The notes beneath the pieces were generated by a model, which ran no database searches, was not told the DNA's origin, and saw only the letters and a list, made by a program, of their open reading frames with translations. A stretch of DNA of 64,000 nt from a virus. Taxonomy: Duplodnaviria; Caudoviricetes. Of the stretch, positions 26,271 through 34,792 are shown one piece after another (the stretch's first letter is position 1; each line of letters opens with the position of its first letter). Location: positions 28,924-92,923 of the IMG/VR virus record IMGVR_UViG_3300046662_000041. The stretch is one strand, 5' to 3'. Both the position numbers and the translations under genes were made by a program.

Positions 26271-26836
26271 GGCATCTCCGTATCAAGAATATAGTTGAAA
26301 ATTGCTTCGGCAGTGTACTCAAGCAGAAGCCCCTTGCCCGTTATGTTCGTGAGATAGTAATCGGCTGGCCAGTGATCTAAAGCCGTCTCAGTGATATGAT
26401 TTGGGTCACGCGTCACGCTGATGAATGGTGAACCGTCAACGTTCAGGCGATTAAGCCGGATGATGTGGCCACCTTTTTCACGGAGTGCTGTGCCTTCTTG
26501 AGGGAAACGGATATTGGGTGTGATAATGACATCAAACTCCGAATGCTCGTCAATGTACTTCACGACCTTATTCGACCAATAATTCTTGTCGACGGTATCC
26601 CGCATCCTGGACCCCTCGAAGACCAGGACACGGACCTGCTCATCGGTGCATTGCTCTCGTGTGATATCAGGCTGGATCATTCCAAGAGCTTGGCAATGAG
26701 CAAGGATCATCTTGCTAATCTCGACGATCTCACATTTGAGACCCTTGGCTTCGGCGGCTTCCTTCATAATACGTGAAGTGGCTGTCTTGCCTGCTTCTGC
26801 CTTGCCAGAAAGACCGATTACGATTGGGTGGTGCAT
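26267..26836 (-). CDS. Deoxynucleoside monophosphate kinase-like P-loop kinase
   Basis: IGLSGKAEAGKT, R...KNYW, NIRFPQE, HITETALD. Confidence 0.8.
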   Translation of the reverse strand: MHHPIVIGLSGKAEAGKTATSRIMKEAAEAKGLKCEIVEISKMILAHCQALGMIQPDITREQCTDEQVRVLVFEGSRMRDTVDKNYWSNKVVKYIDEHSEFDVIITPNIRFPQEGTALREKGGHIIRLNRLNVDGSPFISVTRDPNHITETALDHWPADYYLTNITGKGLLLEYTAEAIFNYILDTEMP

Positions 26837-27843
26837 TCGGCAGGAGCCTCCTCTTTGAATTGCGGTGGAGCAAAAGCCTTTTCACGGGCGGCCGAGTATA
26901 TAGCTTCAGTTAGTAAAGAGTCAAGCCTTAACCGATCGATTGCGCCTTCGCGTCCGTTGCCAAGGTGCTCTTCTCCAAAATAAAGATTCGAGCCCTTCTT
27001 CGTGATGACTTCAAGTGCAATTGCTGGATCAATCAGATTTGCTATCGGCTCGAAACCATCGCCGTAAATCTGATCAACTTCAACTTCTTTGAAGGGCGCT
27101 GCCACTTTATTTTTGACGAACTTAATTTTTGTCTTGCAGCCAATATCCTCGTTGCCGCGTTTGATATGTTGCCCTGGCCGTACTGTCAAACGCATTGACG
27201 CAGCAAATTGCAGTGCCAAACCCCCGGGCGTTGTCTCTGGACTACCGAACATCACACCGATTTTATTGCGGATCTGGTTGATGAAGATCAGCACAGTCTT
27301 GGTACGCGACACAACGCCGCCAAGTTTGCGAAGTGCTTGAGACATAAGGCGAGCTTGCATTCCCATTTGCGGCTCGCCCATCTCACCTTCCAACTCTTTC
27401 TTCGGCACGAGGCCAGCCACAGAATCAACGATTACAATACCAAACTGCTCAGATTTGATTAGCGTCTCGGCAACCTCGAGCGCCTGCTCACCATTGTCTG
27501 GCTGGCTGACGATCAAATTATCAACGTCAACGCCGAGGCGGCGTGCGTAGACTGGATCTAATGCATGCTCCGCATCGATGAAAGCGGCTGCTTCACCGTG
27601 CTTCTGTGCGTTGGCTAACGTCATCAGCGTAAGCGTAGTCTTGCCTCCGCTATTAGGCCCAAAGATCTCGATGACGCGGCCTCGAGGAAAACCGCCGACG
27701 CCTGAAGCGATGTCGATGCCGAGCACACCAGTCGGAATCACTTCGACATTAAGGCGGCGGGATGATCCGAGACGGAAAACTGTGCCCGCACCATGCTGCT
27801 TCTCGATCTGCGTGAATGCTGCCTTGAGCTTGTCTTTATCCAT
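26818..27843 (-). CDS. recA: Recombinase RecA
   Basis: GPNSGGKTT, IDAEHALD, DSVA, QARLMSQALRK, FINQIR, ETTPGG, KNKVAAPF. Confidence 0.97.
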   Translation of the reverse strand: MDKDKLKAAFTQIEKQHGAGTVFRLGSSRRLNVEVIPTGVLGIDIASGVGGFPRGRVIEIFGPNSGGKTTLTLMTLANAQKHGEAAAFIDAEHALDPVYARRLGVDVDNLIVSQPDNGEQALEVAETLIKSEQFGIVIVDSVAGLVPKKELEGEMGEPQMGMQARLMSQALRKLGGVVSRTKTVLIFINQIRNKIGVMFGSPETTPGGLALQFAASMRLTVRPGQHIKRGNEDIGCKTKIKFVKNKVAAPFKEVEVDQIYGDGFEPIANLIDPAIALEVITKKGSNLYFGEEHLGNGREGAIDRLRLDSLLTEAIYSAAREKAFAPPQFKEEAPAECTTQS

Positions 27844-28284
27844 TTAGTAATCACCGTAGCAGCAGCCCGAAGGGCTAGAGCCTGACTCAGCAATCTTTTT
27901 GTTGAGATCGTCGTAATCATCAAGCATGATCAGGATGCGTTGCCACTGATCAACAGGGATCTGAGCATATTTCTTGTTGAAGCCCACGGCCGTCTTGCCT
28001 TTCTCGGTGCGTAGGGCCCAATAATGGGCAAAGATGGATCCGCTCACGGTCGCGATTGTATAGAGGATGCCGGCGAGAACCTGATAATAGTGACCGCTCT
28101 TACCACTTAAGTATGCGAAGAGTGGACCGAACATAAGCATTTGGCTGAAGATCCAGATGCCGTTTGAGAAGATGCTTGCCTTCAAGTGGCGTAAGAGTGA
28201 GCCGGACGCGCGTGCCCGGCTCACGTAAGTAAAGCTGATATTCTGAAAGAAGAGGACTGCCATCCAATACAACCATCCAGTCAT
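27844..28284 (-). CDS. Hypothetical membrane protein (about 3 TM)
   Basis: Hydrophobic segments; contiguous in operon. Confidence 0.6.
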   Translation of the reverse strand: MTGWLYWMAVLFFQNISFTYVSRARASGSLLRHLKASIFSNGIWIFSQMLMFGPLFAYLSGKSGHYYQVLAGILYTIATVSGSIFAHYWALRTEKGKTAVGFNKKYAQIPVDQWQRILIMLDDYDDLNKKIAESGSSPSGCCYGDY

Positions 28285-28285
28285 T

Positions 28286-28609
28286 TTAACTCCTTTTTGG
28301 ATAATGCCAGGTGCCAGTCATGTGCTTGCCGACCGGCTGCCAGTTATCACATGTGATGTTTGAAGGCATTGTGCCTTCTTCCGGTACAGAAGTGACCCAG
28401 TACGTGTCGTGGCCATCGAGAAAGACTTGACCGTTGATGCCCGGTGCATCACCAAACTCGTGGTCCCAAACCTTCACGATCAGCAGCGGATAGATATCGC
28501 CGATGCTGACATTATTGCTCGACGTGTCACCGACTTTAGTTCTGCGAGCATTTATTGTATCGATGTCATACTTCGAAAGAGTGTAAAGGACCAAGGTATT
28601 TTGCATCAC
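28286..28609 (-). CDS. Hypothetical phage protein
   Basis: YPLLIVKVW...NGQVFLDG.D.YWVTS..EG...GTWHYP. Confidence 0.65.
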   Translation of the reverse strand: MMQNTLVLYTLSKYDIDTINARRTKVGDTSSNNVSIGDIYPLLIVKVWDHEFGDAPGINGQVFLDGHDTYWVTSVPEEGTMPSNITCDNWQPVGKHMTGTWHYPKRS

Positions 28610-30213
28610 TTCCTCCCGTGCTGACGTTCGTATTCACCAGCAAACTCACCGTAAGGATTCCAATCCCGTGCTTCCTTCTGGACATGCGTGCAGTTGATGA
28701 AGTACTGGAAGGTCTGCAGATGCTTCTCCGTCACACCGAAGAGTTGCTGGCCGGCTGGGATCGGCTCTAAACCCCAATTGACGCCCAATTCATTCTGACC
28801 GTTGAGTGATCCGTTTGAGATCAGCCGCGGAAAGGTCACAGGCACGTGAATATCGCCGATACATGCTCGTGCAAATGTTGCACCTTGCAGTCCATTTTTG
28901 TGGCGAAACTCTGGGCTATCAAATAAAGATCGTACTGTCTTGAGAAACGCATCCATGCTCTTAACTTGCATGTCGGGGCTATTCTTATATCCGACCTGCA
29001 TGCCGTGTGCGAAGAGATGACGGTGGCCGCGAATGTCTTCGAAAATATATGGCGACATCCCCTCACGAATCGTGACGCGCGGCGTATTCTTAAATCGCTC
29101 AATCAGCATCTGGTAGATCAGCCAATCAAAAGTACGTTGCGATTGATATTTCATCGGCATATTGAAGCATGTCGATTCCCTCATGTGATTTCCACAAGTG
29201 AAGAGCAGTACAACCTCTTCCACAACGCGGACACCAGTGATCGGGTCAGGCACCGTCAACTGCAGCAGATCGTCAAGGCCAAACTTCAACATCTTAAAAG
29301 TGAAGTCGACCTGCGGCCCAATGAAAAGTGCATTGCTAACCGGGGCATCGTGAAGGTCACCATTGCCCATATCTCCGCCGTACCAGATATAAAGCTTCTT
29401 GATTGGATACATTGCACGGTGCATCGTGAGGATCTGCTTTGCCTTCTCGATCACATACCCAAAGCGATTGCCAGCAACAGGCAGATCATATTCCGGAAAT
29501 CCGCTGGTATCTCCTGGTCTGATCACATCACCAAAATGTGTGTCACTGATCAGGAATACAGCGTCCTCTGTGTGCCCTTCGTTAATGGGCAGCTTCCATT
29601 CAGGCATCTTGGCATGGCTGACCTGCGTCGTCGTCAGATTGACTGCACCAAGCTGCTGCGTGATATCGCGGATTTGCTGGAGGGCTTCCTCGTAAGAAGC
29701 CGTGCTGATCAGAAGTTTTTCACGATAGCGCTTCTCAGCCCCAAGGGACATCGAAAGCCGTTTGTTGAGCTTAAGAAGCTTTGCGTTTTCGCCAGCCAAG
29801 TCATCCTTCTGCTCCTCTGTAAATATACGAGTCAATATGGCGGAAACAGCATAAAGCTCTTTATGATCGGCAATGTACTGCTTATTGGTCTTAGAAGTTT
29901 TATCATCCTGTTTCGTTATCGTGGCGGTCTGTTCAGCAATGAAGCCCATATCCCATTTGCGAGCAGTGAATTCCTTAACCCGCCAGACCGTCGTGTCAAT
30001 CTCGAATGCCTCGATAAGTTGCTCTAGGGTATGGATCCGCGTCTTCGGAATGGAAATTGTACGCTTACTGCCGGTCGTGGTATCTTTCTGCGGTTCTGAG
30101 GTCGGAGGAAGTATACCGCGACCTTGTCCTTGGCATCCGCAAGTTTTGTTTCGAGCGTCATACAGCTTTTCTTTATTACAGGCAGGACACACACGCTTAA
30201 GCATTGTTGGCAT
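28606..30213 (-). CDS. Calcineurin-like metallophosphoesterase with N-terminal Zn finger and coiled coil
   Basis: SDTHFG, GDMGNG, GNH, AHG, GDIH motifs. Confidence 0.8.
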   Translation of the reverse strand: MPTMLKRVCPACNKEKLYDARNKTCGCQGQGRGILPPTSEPQKDTTTGSKRTISIPKTRIHTLEQLIEAFEIDTTVWRVKEFTARKWDMGFIAEQTATITKQDDKTSKTNKQYIADHKELYAVSAILTRIFTEEQKDDLAGENAKLLKLNKRLSMSLGAEKRYREKLLISTASYEEALQQIRDITQQLGAVNLTTTQVSHAKMPEWKLPINEGHTEDAVFLISDTHFGDVIRPGDTSGFPEYDLPVAGNRFGYVIEKAKQILTMHRAMYPIKKLYIWYGGDMGNGDLHDAPVSNALFIGPQVDFTFKMLKFGLDDLLQLTVPDPITGVRVVEEVVLLFTCGNHMRESTCFNMPMKYQSQRTFDWLIYQMLIERFKNTPRVTIREGMSPYIFEDIRGHRHLFAHGMQVGYKNSPDMQVKSMDAFLKTVRSLFDSPEFRHKNGLQGATFARACIGDIHVPVTFPRLISNGSLNGQNELGVNWGLEPIPAGQQLFGVTEKHLQTFQYFINCTHVQKEARDWNPYGEFAGEYERQHGRK

Positions 30214-30228
30214 TGGAATCCTCCAGGT

Positions 30229-31023
30229 TTAGAGAGGTAGGCTGACGTTGCCAAAAGCAGTCGGCGAAACTGAGCCAGATGATCCGCCGCGGGAAGTCAA
30301 CATCCGGCCGATGTAACCGACAATAATACCACCGATAAACCAGTGCAACTTACTCTTGCGTGCGTCTGCACGAATCAAATTCTTGTCATCTTCGCAAGTC
30401 TTGTTTGCTTGAATGATTTGCGCGTCAAGACCATCAATTTGCTTGTGCAGGCCAGTGTTAAGGTCCGTAATGGCCGCAAGGTCCGTGGCTTGGTTGGCAA
30501 ACTTTGATGTTAGGTCCTTCAGATCACTTTGAAGTTGCGGCACCTTTTCGAGAGCCACGACAGTCTCTTGAGCGGCCTGGCCTGTGACGGTAAAACCTTG
30601 GCCACTCATCGCAATGGCGGCCGGAGGGACATTCACAAGTGCGATCCAGCGATTGCCTAGGTCAGGAAGCGGGAGTGCACGATCAGCAATCTCTTGCTGC
30701 TTCTCGGCATTGTCACGTGCCTGAATGGATGCATCAAGTTTGGTATTCAACGCCACAATCTGGATCTTCAAAAGACTTTCTTGCTCTGCGGCCTTCTGGT
30801 TGGCTTCAGCGACGGCTGTGTTAGTCTGGACCAACGTCGTAAGCTTTTCGTGATCGATCGCCGACTGTCGGATATCACGACGATCCATGTAGTCCAGGAC
30901 CTTGAAAGTAAAGAAGAGGCCGGACGCCGCAATCAGGAGGATAACAACGAGCTTTTCATGTGCGATGACGTACTTGGAAATCTTACTCAATTCAGACGGA
31001 GAGACAGGAATGGTGTTACTCAC
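30229..31023 (-). CDS. Membrane-anchored coiled-coil protein (spanin-like candidate)
   Basis: N-terminal TM, long heptad region, second hydrophobic segment near the C-terminus. Confidence 0.5.
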   Translation of the reverse strand: MSNTIPVSPSELSKISKYVIAHEKLVVILLIAASGLFFTFKVLDYMDRRDIRQSAIDHEKLTTLVQTNTAVAEANQKAAEQESLLKIQIVALNTKLDASIQARDNAEKQQEIADRALPLPDLGNRWIALVNVPPAAIAMSGQGFTVTGQAAQETVVALEKVPQLQSDLKDLTSKFANQATDLAAITDLNTGLHKQIDGLDAQIIQANKTCEDDKNLIRADARKSKLHWFIGGIIVGYIGRMLTSRGGSSGSVSPTAFGNVSLPL

Positions 31024-31048
31024 TGTTACCTCTTGAAGGAATTTTGGG

Positions 31049-31077
31049 ATCGTACAACTAATCGTTCAGATTGTCAA
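31049..31077 (-). promoter_or_regulatory. Sigma70-type promoter
   Basis: TTGACA-N17-TACGAT with extended TG. Confidence 0.6.
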
Positions 31078-31375
31078 GTCCCATTTGTCGTCTGCGATTG
31101 GATTCGTTGGAAATCAAGTTCACCCAATATGCTCGTGAAGATAATACTTCGATCATTGAACTACAACACAGACACATTGTGCCAGGCATAGCACCTTCGA
31201 TAGCCAGCGTATCCAACGGCCAGCCGCAGAGCTTGCAGAAGTGTTTGCAAGTGCTCGCATCAAAACACCAGACTTCCCAATTCTTGGCCTGCTTCTCAAC
31301 AAATGAGAGGCGATCGAAGGCGATCTTGCCTAGGATCCTGAGCACGTTAGACCTTCTTAATCTGGACATCAACAC
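31058..31375 (-). CDS. Small Cys-rich hypothetical protein
   Basis: CKLCG and CLCC pairs; start uncertain. Confidence 0.4.
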   Translation of the reverse strand: MLMSRLRRSNVLRILGKIAFDRLSFVEKQAKNWEVWCFDASTCKHFCKLCGWPLDTLAIEGAMPGTMCLCCSSMIEVLSSRAYWVNLISNESNRRRQMGLDNLND

Positions 31376-32312
31376 TTGCGTGGTCTTTCTTCGTGCTCGT
31401 CAAACGATAACCAGCATTCAGCCAGCGATCGATGTAGACCCTTGCCTTGTAATAATGTTTCTCTTCAAGGCCAAAGCCTAAAGTATTGACTGTGAACTGA
31501 TAGCCAGCAATCGTGAAGGTCGGATTTGCACTCTTGTCTTGCAGCTTGAATGGATGCTGTGGTCCAAAGTATTGTTTGAAATCAGATTCAGAGATAACGA
31601 TGGGTGGCTCGATAACCTTGTGTGTCACTGGATGATTAAGAAAGGCAGCAAAGCGCTCGATCGGTTCCGCTCCAATGCCCACATTGACAGGCAGACCGTT
31701 TGGATCGTTATATTGATCTACCGTCAGTCCGATCACCGTATCGGTGCTAGCCAGGATGATCGGGGAACCAGAAGCGCCGCCTGTACCAAACACCTGGACC
31801 AAGAATTGTCCTGGCACTGAGAAAAATCCTTTAGCTGTCGGACCGGACGAAACGTAACCGCGGCTGAGTTGTTTTGCAGCACCCATGGAAAAGTTCGGAT
31901 TGATGATCGCGTCGCCGATCGCTATATCCACTGAAGAGCCGAGCTTCAGTAACGGATATTCCTTGTCTGTTTTCAGCTCAAAGATGGCAAAGTCGAAGTC
32001 CTTGTCCATTTCGTACTTTATCACAGTGACAGGCGTCTCTAGGCCATCGATGTCTTCAGCAACAGAGTAGGATTGTGCACCACTCGATTCGGCAACGCAG
32101 TGGCCTGCACTTAACAGATCATAACCACCGTCGATCTTCTGGTAAGCCCATGTCGTACACAAGAAACGCTCGTCTTTACCTTTATGGCCGTACAAAGCAA
32201 AGGTCGCTTTGAAGAGATCGCCATCAGAGCCCCGCGGAGATTGAACTGCTAAAATTGGCAGAGCCAGAAAGCACGAAAGCAGACTCAGAAAGCACGAAAG
32301 AGAAACTTTCAT
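31347..32312 (-). CDS. Trypsin-like serine protease with signal peptide
   Basis: SAGHC, DFAI, GASGSP triad; hydrophobic N-terminus. Confidence 0.85.
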   Translation of the reverse strand: MKVSLSCFLSLLSCFLALPILAVQSPRGSDGDLFKATFALYGHKGKDERFLCTTWAYQKIDGGYDLLSAGHCVAESSGAQSYSVAEDIDGLETPVTVIKYEMDKDFDFAIFELKTDKEYPLLKLGSSVDIAIGDAIINPNFSMGAAKQLSRGYVSSGPTAKGFFSVPGQFLVQVFGTGGASGSPIILASTDTVIGLTVDQYNDPNGLPVNVGIGAEPIERFAAFLNHPVTHKVIEPPIVISESDFKQYFGPQHPFKLQDKSANPTFTIAGYQFTVNTLGFGLEEKHYYKARVYIDRWLNAGYRLTSTKKDHASVDVQIKKV

Positions 32313-32317
32313 TTTTA

Positions 32318-32746
32318 TTACCCTCCCGACGTTGACATTACAGAGCACTTGGCGTCGATCTTCGGCGGCCCAAAATTGATTGAGCCCTCTGCTCGCCGTC
32401 GTTTCCTATCAAGAGTATGTCTGCGCTTCATCGATGTGCTTACACGGCCAGGCAACCCGTAGTGTGGACCGCCAAATGCTTGCCGTGCCGGAGGATTCTC
32501 TGCGTAGGTTAAAGCATTGCGCAGAAATTCAAGGTCAATATCTTCTCCGAATGATTTGTTGCATCGGAAGCAAAGCAGGCCACGAATTTCTCCCGTCGCG
32601 TGGTTGTGATCAGTATAGATTGGGCCATCAGGGTCGAGAGCTTTGCCGCAGCAACCGCATTTGCCTTTCTGGAAGTCCCAGATCGCTTGCCATTGCTCAA
32701 CCGTCAAACGAAACATCCGCTTGAGATAGGCAGCTTCTGGGGGCAT
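32318..32746 (-). CDS. Recombination endonuclease VII family
   Basis: QKGKCGCC...DHNHATGEIRGLLCFRCN. Confidence 0.9.
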   Translation of the reverse strand: MPPEAAYLKRMFRLTVEQWQAIWDFQKGKCGCCGKALDPDGPIYTDHNHATGEIRGLLCFRCNKSFGEDIDLEFLRNALTYAENPPARQAFGGPHYGLPGRVSTSMKRRHTLDRKRRRAEGSINFGPPKIDAKCSVMSTSGG

Positions 32747-32778
32747 GAGCCTCTCCTAAATCGTTAACTTTGTCAAGA

Positions 32779-33081
32779 CTAAAATTGAGGCCAATGAATA
32801 CCCAGCTTTGTAGCAGCCATCTTCAAGAGAAACACGCCACCCGTTGTGATACCGGAAATGTAGCCAGCACGCCATGTGGCTTTCTCTTTGAAGGTATCGA
32901 AAGCATCTTTATCAAGCTTGCTCGCAATCGAGGTTTGAAGGCTGAGCTGAATACCATCAACAAAAAGACGGTCGTACATCTCTTTTTGCGTGGCTGCAAA
33001 AGTTTCTTGAGCTTGAGCCATTCGCGCGCACGACTGAGCGATGTCATAAACACGTTGATCGAGAGTTTGATTGTCTGCCAT
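32779..33081 (-). CDS. Holin-like / XhlA-like small membrane protein
   Basis: Coiled coil plus C-terminal TM, located after the tail genes. Confidence 0.45.
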   Translation of the reverse strand: MADNQTLDQRVYDIAQSCARMAQAQETFAATQKEMYDRLFVDGIQLSLQTSIASKLDKDAFDTFKEKATWRAGYISGITTGGVFLLKMAATKLGIHWPQF

Positions 33082-33085
33082 AGCA

Positions 33086-33739
33086 CTATCCCATGATAAT
33101 CACTTGTACTCCACGGCTGCTACTGGCTGCTGGGCTTTGAAACACCAGCAAGATTGCACCCCAAGTATTTGAGATGCTATAAGTGCCACTGTATGCAAAG
33201 GTTGCAGCTACTTGGTTGAGCTCGTCTGAGGTTTCTTGGTTACCAGAGGTGAAGCCGCGACGAGTAAAACCACCACCTTCCGTGAAGGTCATGCTATTCG
33301 TACCGCTGCCGACGAAACCGACTACTAAATTATTTGTGGCAGATGACGTTACATTCCCGGTACTAATCGCCGTTCCAGTTCCAGTTCCAGTGTTAGCGCC
33401 TATCAGCGGACCCGAAAGATCAAGTCCGCTATACTCCTCTGCAAATCCTCCAACAAAAGAACTCGCTGCAATGGCGACTGTAATCGTATTCGCGCCAGCT
33501 CTACAATTCTTCACATAGTAGCCATATATCCTCGTTGAGCCGAATGTCAACGTACTACCTGCTTGCACCCAGCTATTCCCTTGCGAGTCAGTTACATTTG
33601 AAATCGTGCTTCCATACACGATAAAGAACAGCACCAAAAGATTTCCGGCGATATTATTCGAACTGTAAGCAAACGTAAAGCTCGTGCCAGGCTGAGCGCC
33701 TCCGATAGTCCCTTGAATTTGAACAAACGCTTGTGCCAT
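33086..33739 (-). CDS. Ser/Thr/Gly-rich beta-sandwich tail/virion protein
   Basis: AGNLLV..VTDSQGNSW module, also present in two other tail genes. Confidence 0.65.
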   Translation of the reverse strand: MAQAFVQIQGTIGGAQPGTSFTFAYSSNNIAGNLLVLFFIVYGSTISNVTDSQGNSWVQAGSTLTFGSTRIYGYYVKNCRAGANTITVAIAASSFVGGFAEEYSGLDLSGPLIGANTGTGTGTAISTGNVTSSATNNLVVGFVGSGTNSMTFTEGGGFTRRGFTSGNQETSDELNQVAATFAYSGTYSISNTWGAILLVFQSPAASSSRGVQVIIMG

Positions 33740-33740
33740 T

Positions 33741-34775
33741 TTAGAACCTATATCCTTGTAGCGTTAAGCCAACGTTCGCAAGTGTCGCATCAGCAGTTGC
33801 TGGCCCGTCAATCTCGAGTACATCTCCTGCTACAAAAGACGCATCCGAGGCTTGCGTCCATACACCTGTTGTGCCTGACACGGAGAAGACCACCGTTGCG
33901 AAAGACACACCGCCCTTTTTGAATGTATATGTTGTAGAGCCAGTCGCAGCCGTGTTGGCAACTGCAAAAGAGTTTGGCGCACTTGTTGGAAAGATACAAG
34001 GGCGATCCATCTTGAGATAAAGCAGTACTTGGTTGTTAGTCCCTACGCCAGGTGCAAACACGCCCACGCTAAGCGGCCGCGGCGTCCCAGAAAAGTAATT
34101 GATGCCGTCTGTCGTGATGAGTGTGCAATCACCTTGATACAAGACGACATTTTGTGCTTTGCCATCTATATTCAAACCGTTTCGAGCGATCGTTAGGGCA
34201 CCTGTGTTGATATTCTTGACAATCACGGCCCATATCGCACTAAAGGGTATCGCTGAAAGTGTGTATGTCAATGCAGAGCTTGAATCAAACGTGATAACCT
34301 GACCAGCGTCGCCTGCCTGTGCGGACGTGCTTGCTGTCTTTCGCAGGTCGCCGCCGAAGCCACCCGACAAAGAGCTACTGCTAGAGGCAATCACGTCGAC
34401 ATTAACACCATCACAATATAAGATCGTATAGGCAAGTAAAGGCACGCTTACCACTTGACTGTCAGACACGAGTGCAATCCGGCCAAGCAATGCTGTTTGG
34501 AATACAAGAGGCTCGCTGGTCTGGTTAGAAACGATGTACAGCTTTTTGGATGATGGCAGAGTTACAATGCCTGTGCCCGCGAAGAAGCCAGTGAAGTGAA
34601 AGACCATATTTGACACTGCGTCAGCAACCGGCAAAATGAGTGCCGAGCTCACCATGTTTTCAGTGACAATGTTAGTCAAAGCGAGATCGAGACCATCAAA
34701 TGCACCATTGGCCGTGACCTCTTTTTGAGTTTGGGCTGCAGCAATATGCATCAGCGCAAGATTTGGTGTACTCAT
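33741..34775 (-). CDS. Tail fibre-like protein with DUF2793-type N-terminus
   Basis: TPNLALMHIAAAQTQKEVTANGAFDGLD; follows the GTA-like tail-tip gene. Confidence 0.7.
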   Translation of the reverse strand: MSTPNLALMHIAAAQTQKEVTANGAFDGLDLALTNIVTENMVSSALILPVADAVSNMVFHFTGFFAGTGIVTLPSSKKLYIVSNQTSEPLVFQTALLGRIALVSDSQVVSVPLLAYTILYCDGVNVDVIASSSSSLSGGFGGDLRKTASTSAQAGDAGQVITFDSSSALTYTLSAIPFSAIWAVIVKNINTGALTIARNGLNIDGKAQNVVLYQGDCTLITTDGINYFSGTPRPLSVGVFAPGVGTNNQVLLYLKMDRPCIFPTSAPNSFAVANTAATGSTTYTFKKGGVSFATVVFSVSGTTGVWTQASDASFVAGDVLEIDGPATADATLANVGLTLQGYRF

Positions 34776-34792
34776 GTTATCTCCCTGCGGTG

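Noticed and set aside
28966-30027. Long plus-strand ORF (353 aa); similarly 51340-52287(+), 49627-50361(+), 19482-20192(-) and the alternative-frame 11341-12036(-)
   Set aside because: These are shadows of well-supported genes and carry no motifs.
32748-32776. TTGACA-N17-GAGGCT promoter before endonuclease VII
   Set aside because: The putative -10 lies between the SD and the ATG, 1 nt from the ATG, so it is ambiguous and was not called.
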